In this document: in pieces, positions 1 through 13,875 of the stretch | Numbering within the stretch: the stretch's first letter is position 1 | Layout: each line of letters opens with the position of its first letter | Source of the DNA: Polyangiaceae bacterium | GTDB taxonomy: Bacteria; Myxococcota_A; Polyangia; Polyangiales; Polyangiaceae | Reading direction: 5' to 3' | NCBI GenBank assembly: GCA_044376115.1 | Contig: JBILLK010000045.1 | Span: 1 to 46,757, forward strand | DNA length: 46,757 nucleotides | The notes under the pieces: model-generated | What the model saw: the letters and a program-made list of their open reading frames with translations, nothing else | Database searches by the model: none | Told to the model about the DNA's origin: nothing | Program-made: the position numbers and the translations under genes

Positions 1-1
1 G

Positions 2-391
2 CACAAGGCCGTGGCCCCGGTGCTCGTCGTTTCAGAGGTTGGAGACATGTTCGCCCCGCCCGAAGTGCGGGCCGCTCATCAGCGCGAGGCCAACAACGCC
101 GTCGCCGCCGCCGCCGCCCTCGTACTCTTCCGTCCCAACCTCGCCGACAGCGCCGAAGAGCTGTACGAACAGAAGGAGAGCAAGCTCAAACTCGAAGCCG
201 CCCTCGCCACCGTCACCCCGACGCTCGACCCCCACGAGTGGGAGCTCACCCGCCGCCACTACATCGAAGGCGTCACCCTCGAGGTCCTCGCCCAAGAGCA
301 CGGCATCAGCGTCAGCACCGTATCGCGCAGAATCGATAAGACGCTGAAGGAGCTGGGGAAGAAGCTGAAGGACCTGAGGAAGAAGCTGTGA
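2..391 (+). CDS. C-terminal part of a sigma-70 (ECF-like) factor, region 4 HTH; probably starts before the window
   Basis: LDPHEWELTRRHYIEGVTLEVLAQEHGISVSTVSRRIDKTLKEL matches the sigma region 4 pattern. The frame is open to the window edge. Confidence 0.7.
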   Translation, partial: HKAVAPVLVVSEVGDMFAPPEVRAAHQREANNAVAAAAALVLFRPNLADSAEELYEQKESKLKLEAALATVTPTLDPHEWELTRRHYIEGVTLEVLAQEHGISVSTVSRRIDKTLKELGKKLKDLRKKL

Positions 392-543
392 GGCTGCAGC
401 GGGCCAAGATGCATCCTCCCGCTCCTTAGCCCAAACAAAACAAGCTTGAACAATCCGTTGGCCTCCTCTACTCCACCGCGCCGTTGGGTGGGAAACAGCT
501 GCTTTCGGCCTGAAGACGACGCCCAACTTCGACGGACAATTGT

Positions 544-1359
544 ATGAAGACTCGAACTTTTGGGGCACGTGGAGTTCTTATTGGCGCACTGTGCGCGACG
601 GTCTGCTTCGCGGGGGGATGCCGCAGCGTTCCCGAGCCGTACGTTCCAGGGCAGAAGCAGAGCGAAGCAGACGTGCTGAAGTACGCGGACGGCCGAGTGT
701 TCTGTCAGGACGTGGCTCGCGGGGCACGAGCTGACTCAACCGAGCGATTTGTCGGTGGGGTTTCGCTGTTCCTGCTCGCAGCCGGCTCTCTGGTCGGGAC
801 AGGCGCAGTCGCAAGCCAGGGCATGCCGCAAGCCACTGTTGAGAACGGTACGACGATCGAGCCCGGGACTCTGGATGTTCTCGGTTACTTCGCGGCGACG
901 ACAGGGCTTACAGCGATGGCCGGACTGGCCACAGCAGGCGGATTCGTTCTACTCGACCGTGCCGCCGCAGCGTCTGAGCTGGAAGCCGCCGCAGCCGTCG
1001 CGGCGAACCTGCCGGAAGAAAAGGCAGCGGCCAGCTGCAACGACGCAATCGCCGAATGGGCGAGCGCACGAGCTGAAGCCGCCGCGAAGTTGAAGCAGGA
1101 GATTCAGGATCGCCAAAAGAAGATGGAGGAGAGGCTCATTGACTCTGACGGCGACGGTTTGAGCGACGCGAAAGACAAATGCCCATTGGCCATTGGGGAG
1201 ATCAAAAACCCGATCCCGGGCTGCCCAAGCGCGTTCGCCTACACCTCTGCGGGAAAGAAGAGTTCCGATTTGTACCCGACGGCGGCCGAGGCAGAGAAAG
1301 CGTGCAAGGCATCAGCGAGCCCGGAGCCGACCGACTGCACCACCTCGCCGGTCCCTTGA
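544..1359 (+). CDS. Putative lipoprotein/membrane protein with a TSP3-like Ca-binding motif
   Basis: Lipobox-like FAGGC, two hydrophobic segments, a coiled-coil stretch and DSDGDGLSDAKDKCP. Confidence 0.6.
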   Translation: MKTRTFGARGVLIGALCATVCFAGGCRSVPEPYVPGQKQSEADVLKYADGRVFCQDVARGARADSTERFVGGVSLFLLAAGSLVGTGAVASQGMPQATVENGTTIEPGTLDVLGYFAATTGLTAMAGLATAGGFVLLDRAAAASELEAAAAVAANLPEEKAAASCNDAIAEWASARAEAAAKLKQEIQDRQKKMEERLIDSDGDGLSDAKDKCPLAIGEIKNPIPGCPSAFAYTSAGKKSSDLYPTAAEAEKACKASASPEPTDCTTSPVP

Positions 1360-1369
1360 AAGCAAGTCG

Positions 1370-2281
1370 ATGAAGATCTTGAGCATGCGAGCATCGTTGA
1401 CGGGGCTGTGTCTGACCCTCGTTGGATGCCCAACTAGCCCGTCCACACCGCCACAGGATTCGCGCGCAGCGACCACTGCGTCGGCGACCGCGCGGGAGTT
1501 CGAGCTGACCCGCACGGCAACGTTACTTGGCGATGACTTCAAGCCCGCTGGCTGTGTCGCAAAGGAGACGCGCGGACGGGTTACTGGATCGGCGCCCTAT
1601 CCAAAGCGGTCTGACGGTTCGCTCGTGCGTGATCCTGATGACGGTGGTCCGCTGTCGGCGCTATTCAGCGTCACCTTCGACCAGGGCGGTGAGTGTGACG
1701 CACAAAGGCGCTGGACGGCGGGGACACCGTATTGGGTCAGTCCACACGCCGGAAGGATCCTGAACCCCATTACGGGTCCTTCATTGCAGTTGCATAAGAT
1801 TCAATCCGAGGGCTCCGGCTGTCCGGACGCGTCGAGTGTCAAGCTTGTAGGTACGAGCTCCGGCAATGCGCTCGCGCTCTTCTTTGTCGGGCTCGCGCTG
1901 TTGGGGCCGGACGCACCGGGAAGCGCGAACTGCACAGTCACGCTGCAGGCGGAGATCGCGAAGGGCACCCAGCTGCGGTCCTCACACGCGATCTCGTCGG
2001 CGCTCGCCGCCCTCGGTTCGACAGCGGGCGTAAATCTGGTGTCCAAGATCGATATCAACGGAGCGAGACAGCAGAGCCAGTCGAGCCCGCATGGTCCAAT
2101 CGACGAGACCGTTGCGTTAGAACTTACGGTTCCGATCACGCACCCCTCAGCCTGTGAAGTGGCCCAGCCGCTGACCCTGACCTACCAGATCGATGTCGAG
2201 CGCAACGGGGTTTGGGCCGAGGCCGATGAGGTAAATGCGGGGGTTCTGGATCTTACGTTCGAGCTTGCTGCCTGTCCGTAG
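1370..2281 (+). CDS. Putative lipoprotein, unknown function
   Basis: ATG at 1370 lies 10 nt after the previous stop and gives MKILSMRASLTGLCLTLVGC (lipobox). The track start at 1193 overlaps the previous gene. Confidence 0.6.
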   Translation: MKILSMRASLTGLCLTLVGCPTSPSTPPQDSRAATTASATAREFELTRTATLLGDDFKPAGCVAKETRGRVTGSAPYPKRSDGSLVRDPDDGGPLSALFSVTFDQGGECDAQRRWTAGTPYWVSPHAGRILNPITGPSLQLHKIQSEGSGCPDASSVKLVGTSSGNALALFFVGLALLGPDAPGSANCTVTLQAEIAKGTQLRSSHAISSALAALGSTAGVNLVSKIDINGARQQSQSSPHGPIDETVALELTVPITHPSACEVAQPLTLTYQIDVERNGVWAEADEVNAGVLDLTFELAACP

Positions 2282-2381
2282 TGTCGTTGTTCGCTACGGC
2301 GAGCGTGGCCGGGTCATTCAGCTGCTCTGCGGCACGTTCCCCCGTGAGATCCGCCCTGTGCTCTGATAGGAATGCCCTGCC

Positions 2382-3056
2382 GTGTCTGTCGAACTGCCCC
2401 TTTCGGTCGCGCTTTCCTGGACGCTGCGCGAGATCGCTCGGATGGAGCGGGGTGGGCTGCTGCCACCGCGGCTAACGGAGCCGGACCACGAGCGGTGGCA
2501 CCGGGTGCGGCGGAAGCTTGGCTGGGTGGCGTTTATCGAGCTCTTGCATGAGGACTTGTCGGAGGCGTTCCCGACGAGCTTTGCTCTCGACCGTTGGTCG
2601 GCGAGCCCGACGCAGGGTTTGACCGATGCGAGCGCGAGTGAACTGGTCTTTCAAGCGGCGGAAGCGGATGGCTCGGACCGGCTGACTTTTCTTCGCTCGG
2701 TGTGCCGCGGACTGGGGCTGATGGAAGGCGGCGCTGTCGCCAACCTGCCGAAGGTGCAGTCGCATCAACGGGCGCTCGAGCTTCCAGGCTGCGGCGGGCG
2801 TATCGCTGCGCATCAAGTGACGACGCACGCTGGCCTCTCCTTCAATGAGCATTTCGTGTTCGTTGCAGACACCGACGCCGAGCGCGTCGCCATCGGGATC
2901 GCGGCGGCTGAGCTGCGCGCGAACGCGCCGAAGATCCTCACGCGGGCCGAGCTCGAGGCGTCTTCTCCCAAGTTCGACCATGTCTTTGGCATCAAAGGAT
3001 ATGCCGCTGCTGAGGACGTCGCGACGCAGCTGAGGCTCGACGTACGATGGGCGTGA
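2382..3056 (+). CDS. Uncharacterised first gene of the BREX/Pgl operon; possible degenerate SAM-binding Rossmann fold at the C-terminus
   Basis: AGGAA precedes the GTG start and the stop overlaps the next gene (GTGA). ALELPGCGGRIA and FDHVFG resemble class I methyltransferase motifs. Confidence 0.65.
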   Translation: MSVELPLSVALSWTLREIARMERGGLLPPRLTEPDHERWHRVRRKLGWVAFIELLHEDLSEAFPTSFALDRWSASPTQGLTDASASELVFQAAEADGSDRLTFLRSVCRGLGLMEGGAVANLPKVQSHQRALELPGCGGRIAAHQVTTHAGLSFNEHFVFVADTDAERVAIGIAAAELRANAPKILTRAELEASSPKFDHVFGIKGYAAAEDVATQLRLDVRWA

Positions 3057-3838
3057 CCGAGGTCACGACGAGCCAAGCTCTCACGTCGTGGACGCGCACA
3101 CTCAACGTCGAGGACGCGTTTGTCTTGGTTGATACAGCGTTCCCGGACTCCCCCGTCGCCGACTGGATCGAGCGCGGAGACCGCCTCCTGCCGCAGGCGA
3201 GCCCGGCGCGCCGCCGCGAGCTGATCAAGATCGTCCGCGAGGAGCTGCTCGACACCCAAGCCGGGATGATCGTCGGCTCCGCTTGGCTACGGCTGTTCCA
3301 GGATGGGAGCGTGCAACGCAGAAAGTGCCTGCTCTTCGCTCGGCTTTGGCGCAACCGTCCCTTGGTGGAGCGCGCGCTCGAGACGCTCGTGCACCCTGCC
3401 CTCACGCAGATGGATCGGCCGCTCGCACCCCATGACTCCGATCGGATCGAGCCGCAGACCTGGGACCGATTCTTGCGCTCGGCGCTGCGGCCCGACGTGC
3501 CGTCGGAAGCCTTCGCGAAGACCCGCAGCACGCTGCAAGGCGCCCTACGCGACGTGGGCGTGCTCGACATTGGGGCCACGCGCGAGCGCATTACCCGAGT
3601 GCAACACGGCAGGCCGGACGCGGTCGCGTTCGCGTGGGCGGTCGCCAACGAGCTGAAGCAGCGTGGGGAGGAGTCGGAGGGCTGGGCGGCACGCGAATCG
3701 TTCGCTGCGCGGCTGTTCGCGCCGCGGGTCGAGTATGCGGCCACCTGCATCGAGGCCGGCATCGCCGCCGGGCTCTTGCGCCGCGGTCACCTGATGACCC
3801 AGAGCCGGCTTCAGCTCGGAAGCGAGATGAGCGCATGA
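3053..3838 (+). CDS. brxA: BrxA-like (DUF1819-like) DNA-binding protein
   Basis: SEAFAKTRSTLQGALRDVGVL resembles the BrxA helix motif. Size ~260 aa; GTGA and ATGA overlaps couple it to both neighbours. Alternative start at 3047. Confidence 0.55.
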   Translation: MTEVTTSQALTSWTRTLNVEDAFVLVDTAFPDSPVADWIERGDRLLPQASPARRRELIKIVREELLDTQAGMIVGSAWLRLFQDGSVQRRKCLLFARLWRNRPLVERALETLVHPALTQMDRPLAPHDSDRIEPQTWDRFLRSALRPDVPSEAFAKTRSTLQGALRDVGVLDIGATRERITRVQHGRPDAVAFAWAVANELKQRGEESEGWAARESFAARLFAPRVEYAATCIEAGIAAGLLRRGHLMTQSRLQLGSEMSA

Positions 3839-6800
3839 CCGCCCGTCACGTGGCGAAGGGTCATCCGGTGCACGACGCGGAAGCGCGCGGCATTCAGGCG
3901 CTGGTGAAGGCCCTGCCTGACAACTACTGGGTCTTCTCCAACATCGAGCTAGCGAGCGATCGGCGCGGGCAGACCTTCGAGCACGACGCAGTGGTGCTCG
4001 CACCCCACGCCTTGTTCACGGTCGAGCTCAAGAGCTGGGGCGGGCGCGTGGTGGGCAACCGCGACCGCTGGACGCTCGCAGACGGCACGGTGGTGCAATC
4101 CCCCATCCCGTTGATCCTGGCCAAGGCGCGCGTGCTCAAAGGCCGGCTGCAGTCCCGCCGCCGCGAGCTCGGCAACGTCTGGGTGCAAGGGATTGTGCTG
4201 CTCTCTGCGGCGGACGCGAGCCCGGACATCACGGCGGACTTCAAGGACTACGTCGTCAACCTCGAGGGGGTGAAGGCTGCGCTGACGAGCCCCGGTTGGC
4301 TCGGCCACCCGACGCCGATCACGCCCGGGCAGCGGCGCGCGATCGAGGACTATCTCAATGACGGCCGCCCTGCCCGCCTGCCGGATCAGCTTGAGGACTA
4401 CCGACTCGTGCAACGGCTCGCCGCGGAGGACCGGCCTTTCGAGGCCTGGCTGGCCGAGCGCACGAGCCTCACGCGCGAACGTCGCGTCCTTCACACCTAT
4501 ACGATCGTCGGCGAGACCGAAGCCGAGCGCGAGCGTCTCCGCGCGCACGCACTGCGTGAAGCCACGCTGCACAGCAAGCTTCGCGGTGGAGCGGATATCC
4601 TTCGCTACGACACCTATCTCGTCACCAAAGAGGATCCGCAGCGCATCGTCCTTCAGTTCGAGGACACGACGCCGCTGCAGCCGATGGACGTCTGGGCGAA
4701 GGACCGCAAACCCGGCACGCATGCTCGATTGAAGGTCGCCGCGCGGGTCGCGCGCGCGCTCGCCTGGGTCCACGAAAAGGGCCTCGTTCATCGCAGACTG
4801 TCGCCGGAGGCGGTGTTGGTCTCGAGCGAGGACGTGCCGCTCGAGGTGCGGCTGTGCGCGTTCGAACTTGCGCGGGATCTGACGGGCGCTGCGCCGACCG
4901 TGACGGGGAGCTCGCTCGGTGATCCGACCTTCCGTTGTGCCGCGCCGGAGGTGCTCAAGACGGGCGAGGCCACACCACGCTCCGACCTCTTCTCCCTCGG
5001 AGCCACGCTGGTGGAGCTGTTCACCGGACGCTCGCTGTTCGCGACGGTGGACGAGGTGCTGCGGCAGTTCGCGGTACCCGCTCTGCTGATCGGTGATCGG
5101 CCTTGTCCGCGTCCGGTCTCCGAGCTCGTGCGCGAGTTGCTCGCGGTCGATCCTGCCGCACGTCCTGAGAACGCAGCGGTTGTCGCCGAGCGGCTCGAGC
5201 GCACGCTGCACGAACTCACACACGAACCGGTTCGCACCGAGCTCGCACCTGGGACCGAGGTGCGTCAGACCTACGAGCTGATCGCGCGGCTCGGCCGCGG
5301 GGCGACGGCGACAACCTGGAAAGCCCGGCAGCTGCAGACCGATCAGATCGTCGTGCTCAAGATCGCCGAGTCCGAGCATGCGCACTACCTCCAAGAAGAG
5401 GGTCGTGTGCTCGGGGCTGTGCATCACCCAAACCTGGTGCGGTTTCACAACGTGGAGCCGTTCGAGGGCGGAAACCTGCTGGTGCTCGAATACGTGGAGG
5501 GCTTCACCGCGGCGCTGTGGGCAGCCGCCGGAGATCCACTGGATCCGCCGCGCTTTCTCGGCGCGGCAAAAGGCTTGCTCGGAGCGTTGGGCGCGCTGCA
5601 CCAGGCCGGCTGGGTGCACCGTGACGTCAAGCCCGACAATGTGATGCTCACCGAGGCGGAGGCCATCCCGAAGCTGCTCGACGTTGGGCTGGCTGCGAAG
5701 TGGCCGGTCGAGGGAGATCTGGCGGTAGGCACCATTCGTTACAAAGACCCGCTGGTCTACGTCGATAACCGCTGGACGCCTGCGAACGATCTATTCGCGG
5801 TGTTCCTGGTTCTGTACGAGCTGTTGACCGGCACGCATCCCTTCGGTGGCGGCTCGCCGGAGCCCGCGCAACGTCCCACCATTCAGCGTGAAGAGTTCCC
5901 GGAGAGCTTTTCGGAGCGCAGCATCGACAAGCTGGCGAAGCTGTTCGCGCGGGCTCTCTCGCCGGACGCCTCCGAGCGGCCCAACAGCACGGTCGCTGCG
6001 CTCGCCGAGCTGGAGCTGGCGCTCGCTGAGGACGAACCGGCTGCGCAGGTACCGGCCGGCGCAACCGCTCCGCACCCATCCACGCAGCCGCCACTGCTCG
6101 TTGAACGCAGCCCGCTGGCAGCCAGCGTCACGCTCACCACGCCCGTCGCCGATCTTGGGCTGTCGACCCGCGCGCAAGGCGCCCTCGCCCGCCTGGGCCT
6201 GGCGACGGTGGCGGATCTTGTTGGCTTCGATCCGGAGGCTGCGCGCGGCCTGCCCAACGTCGGGTCGAAGTCGATTCGGGAGCTGCGCGCGCTGTGCGTT
6301 GAGATCGCTGCGCGCTGGCCGGCAGAGCCAAAGCACGACAAGCGTCCGATCGAACGGTTTTACCCTGCGTTGGCCGAGGATCCGCGGTCGCTCGATGAGC
6401 TTGGGAAAGAGCTGACGCCGGGCATGAAGGACGTGCTGGTCGCGCGCGGGATCTTCTCGATCGGAGATCTCGCTGCGATGCCGCCAGCGGCGCTCGAGCG
6501 ACTGCCTTCGATCGGACCCGGCAAGCTCGGGCGCGTTCGTTCTGCGCTGCGCCGCCTGGCTGGCCGCGAAGAGGTGCCGGAGTCCCTCACTGAGCTCAAC
6601 GCAAGGCTGGCGGAGGAGCTTGGCGAGCGCGCCTGGGACGTGTTTACCCGGGTGCTCGGTCTCAACGACTGCAAAGCGCGGGTGCCCTCCGAGGTGGCAC
6701 ACGCACTGGGCCTCAGCCGACAACGTGTTTCCCAACTCACCGATCTGGACCCGCTGCGCGCCGAGGCGAGCTGGGCGCATTACCTCACGACCCTCCTAAC

Positions 6801-8045
6801 CGAGGCCATGCCGCCGGTGGGCTTCTCCACGCTCGACGCGGCAGGCCAATCGCTCGCGACTCGCCTGCCCTCGGATGGGAAGACCACCTGCGCGCTCGGC
6901 TTCGCACGCTTGGTCGCCTTGCTGCTTTCGCCAGACGCACGAGCGGCGGATGCAGTCTCGGTTCGCTGGCTGGTCCGTCCGCCGTGGACCAGCGAAGCAA
7001 TCCAGGCCCTGCTCAGCCGCTTGGGCTCGATCGGGAATTGGCCGCCGGTACCTCGCGCGCAGGCCGAGTCCCAACTCTGGGATGCAACGCCCAGCGAGAT
7101 CCAGCGCGCGCTCGTGCGCTGGGGCGCTGACGCCGGCCAATTGCTCGACGGTCTGCTACGCCTGGACGAGACGGTGCAGCTCGATCGCGTGGGCGGGCTT
7201 TACACCCCGCCGGTCCAGCTCTGCTCGGCGCTGCGCGTATTGCGGCCAGGCCTGAGCTCTCCGGTGATTGATACCGAGACGCTGATGGCCGAGGTCCACG
7301 CGGCCTATCGTGGGGTCTTAGCGGCCGACAGCGACGAGATCGAGCTGGCGATTGAGCAGGCCGGCTACCGCCGGGATGGGGACCGCTGGGTGGACCCGGG
7401 GCGGATCGACGCGCCCGGCGTGCTCGGCAGCCCCAAGGTCGACGCGAGCATCCCGACGCAGCGGGTGAGCGCCGGCCATCTGCCGCCGGTGATCGAGGGC
7501 CTCGCGGCGCAAATCGATCGGGGCGGCTTCCGCGTCGTCGCGCTCTCACCCACCCAGCATCATCGGCTCGCCCGCCAGCTCGCCGCGTGGTTCGGGGAGA
7601 GCGTGGGAGCGGAGCGCGTGCACTTCGTGGCTGTGGATCGGCTGCTGATTGAAGCGATGAAGACGGCCGATCTGTGGAAGTTCGTCCCCTTCCTGGAGGT
7701 GCGCGCGGAGGCGGACTGGCGGATGTTCCACGCGGAGCTCACCGCGGCCTTGGATGACGCGGTGAAGGGCGCGAAGGCCGGGACCATCACCGTGCTTGGG
7801 CAGCCCTCGCTGCTCGGTACGCTCGGGCTGATGAGCTGGCTATCGGGCTTCTATGAGCGTGCGCGGGGCGGCAAACACGGCCTCGTCGTGCTCGCGGTGC
7901 CCGGCGGAATTCATGAGGACCGCGTGCGCCTCAACGAGAAGTACAACCTACCGTACACCCCGGACATGGCCGCGGTGTACCTCGAATCAGCCGACGTGCT
8001 GCACCCCGTCCACGAGCCCTACGCCAAGAGTCAGGCCCAGCCCCG

Positions 8046-8049
<4 letters not shown>
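3835..8049 (+). CDS. pglW: BREX type 2 serine/threonine kinase PglW (NERD nuclease, degenerate kinase, kinase, two alpha-CTD-like HhH repeats, sigma4-like HTH, BrxB-like C-terminus)
   Basis: NERD motif HDAVVL...VELKSW; kinase motifs GRGATA, VVLK, HRDVKPDN, DVG; GLSTRAQGAL...PNVGSKS. ATG at 3835 overlaps the brxA-like stop. Directly precedes pglX. Confidence 0.9.
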
Positions 8050-12025
<3,976 letters not shown>

Positions 12026-12029
<4 letters not shown>

Positions 12030-13132
12030 TCGACCGCGTCCGCTTCGAGAACTTCAAGAGCCTGAAGGACGTCACGCTGGAGCTCGACCGCTTGACGGTG
12101 CTGGTCGGGCACAATGGGTGTGGGAAGAGCAGCGTGCTGCAGGGTCTCTACCTGCCGTCTCAGGCCGGCCGTCTAGCGGCGCAGGATGAGGCCCTTCAGT
12201 CGGTACTGCGAGGCCGGACAGCGAGCGCAGTCGAAGACCAGCCCATCGAGATCCACTTGCACGAACGTGACGGCAGTGAACTCTCGTTCGGGCTCGCCGA
12301 TTCGGAACAGGGACCGGCAACCGAAATCGAAGTCGATGGGGAGCAGTACAGCAACGCGCTGCTCACCCCAACCATCACAGCCATGATTTTGCGCAATAAG
12401 GTCCAGCGCCTCACGTCGGCGGCCTACCTAACGCTTGACCCAAGCAAGATGGTGAAGGCTTCTGTTCCAGATGCCGGGACGCCAGAAATGCAGGTGGACG
12501 GAGGCGGCCTAGCGTCTGTACTCGCCTGGATGAAGGGCGCCGCCGAAGACGAAATTGCGCTTGTAACGAAGGACCTCTGTCGTGTCGTCCCCGGCGTGAA
12601 GCGGATTCGCACGTTCCGCCAAGAGATCGCCAGGCGAAAGCACCAGAAGCTGGACGTGGACGGCCAACCGGTATGGCGCTCCGTCGATGAGAAGGTGCTC
12701 GGAGATCGCTTCGAACTCGAGTTCGACGATGGACACTCGGTTCCCGCGGACCTCCTCAGCGAGGGCACCGTGCTGGCCCTCGGCCTCTTGACCAAACTGC
12801 GTGAGCCAACCCGCCCGCGCATGATCTTGCTTGATGACATCGACCGTGGTCTTCACATCGAGGCGCAAGCCAAACTCGTCACCGTCCTCCGTGAGCTGCT
12901 CGAGGAGATTCCTGAGCTGCAAATCGTTTGCACCACCCACTCCCCTTACCTGCTGGATCGCTTCAAGCCAGAGGAAGTTCGGCTCCTTGCTCTCGATGAA
13001 AAGCGTCATACCAAGGCGCTGACGCTTACCGAGCACCCCGAGTACGAGAAGTGGAAGTTCGGCACCCAAACCGGTGAGCTCTGGGCCGCGCTCGGGGACG
13101 GTTGGGTGAAGACTTCGGGAGCCTCGCAATGA
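12026..13132 (+). CDS. ABC-type (AAA_15/AAA_21-like) ATPase inserted in the BREX operon
   Basis: ENFKS, Walker A GHNGCGKS, signature LSEGT, Walker B LLDDID, H-loop TTHSP. Confidence 0.88.
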
Positions 13133-13875
13133 CGCTGCTCTGCATCGTCGGGGAGGATGAAGGTCACTATACGGCAGTCACTCGGCTCGTCGATGACACG
13201 CTCGTTGAGCAGGTCGACTGGCTGGACGGCATCCTCCACAGCTGTCGCACCTGGCAAGGCAGGCACGCGGAGGAGCGCTGGTACAAGTACGACCCGAAGG
13301 ACGCCAACGACGTTCGACCGATCGACCTTGGCGGCGGCGGACGCATCAAAGTGCACGGCCACATCGACGGACAGCCACTGAAGCCTGAGGCAGGCATGTG
13401 GCGAAGAGCGCTGATGATTCTATGTCACGCTGACCCTAGACCGGACGTTGTGGTGCTCGTGCGCGACATGGACGGGTATCATGACCGGGAGCGTTACGAC
13501 GGCCTGAAGCAAGTGCGCAGCGAGAGCCTGAGTTGGCCCTTCGAGGTGGTCGTCGCAGCACCCGAGCCGGAGATCGAGGCCTGGCTCGTTGCGGGATTCG
13601 TTCCCAAGGACGCGCGCGAGATTGCGACGCTCGCATCAATCACGAAGCAGCTTTCGTTCGACCCGACGAAGGAATCCCAACTCCTCACATCCCAACCCAA
13701 CGATGCGGCCAGCGACGCGAAGCGTGTACTCGCGCGCTTGTGCGGCAATGACCGGGAGCGTGAGGAGAGCTGCCTTGCGGACCGGGGCCTGCTGCGCACT
13801 CGCGTCACGCGTGTCGGCCAGTTCCTGGACGAAGTCGAGAAGCGCATCGTCCCCAAATTTGCAAAGGCCTCATGA
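13129..13875 (+). CDS. TOPRIM-like protein (DUF4276/RloB/AriB-like), partner of the ATPase
   Basis: N-terminal IVGED, DxD motif VRDMDG and EIEAWL. ATGA overlaps on both sides. Confidence 0.6.
   Translation: MTLLCIVGEDEGHYTAVTRLVDDTLVEQVDWLDGILHSCRTWQGRHAEERWYKYDPKDANDVRPIDLGGGGRIKVHGHIDGQPLKPEAGMWRRALMILCHADPRPDVVVLVRDMDGYHDRERYDGLKQVRSESLSWPFEVVVAAPEPEIEAWLVAGFVPKDAREIATLASITKQLSFDPTKESQLLTSQPNDAASDAKRVLARLCGNDREREESCLADRGLLRTRVTRVGQFLDEVEKRIVPKFAKAS

Noticed and set aside
3634..3834. Longer N-terminus for PglW from the ORF track
   Set aside because: It overlaps the brxA-like gene by 200 bp; ATG 3835 gives a clean ATGA coupling just before the NERD domain.
3949..5619. 556-aa minus-strand ORF and many similar long antisense ORFs
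   Set aside because: These are shadow frames of high-GC genes with no recognisable motifs.
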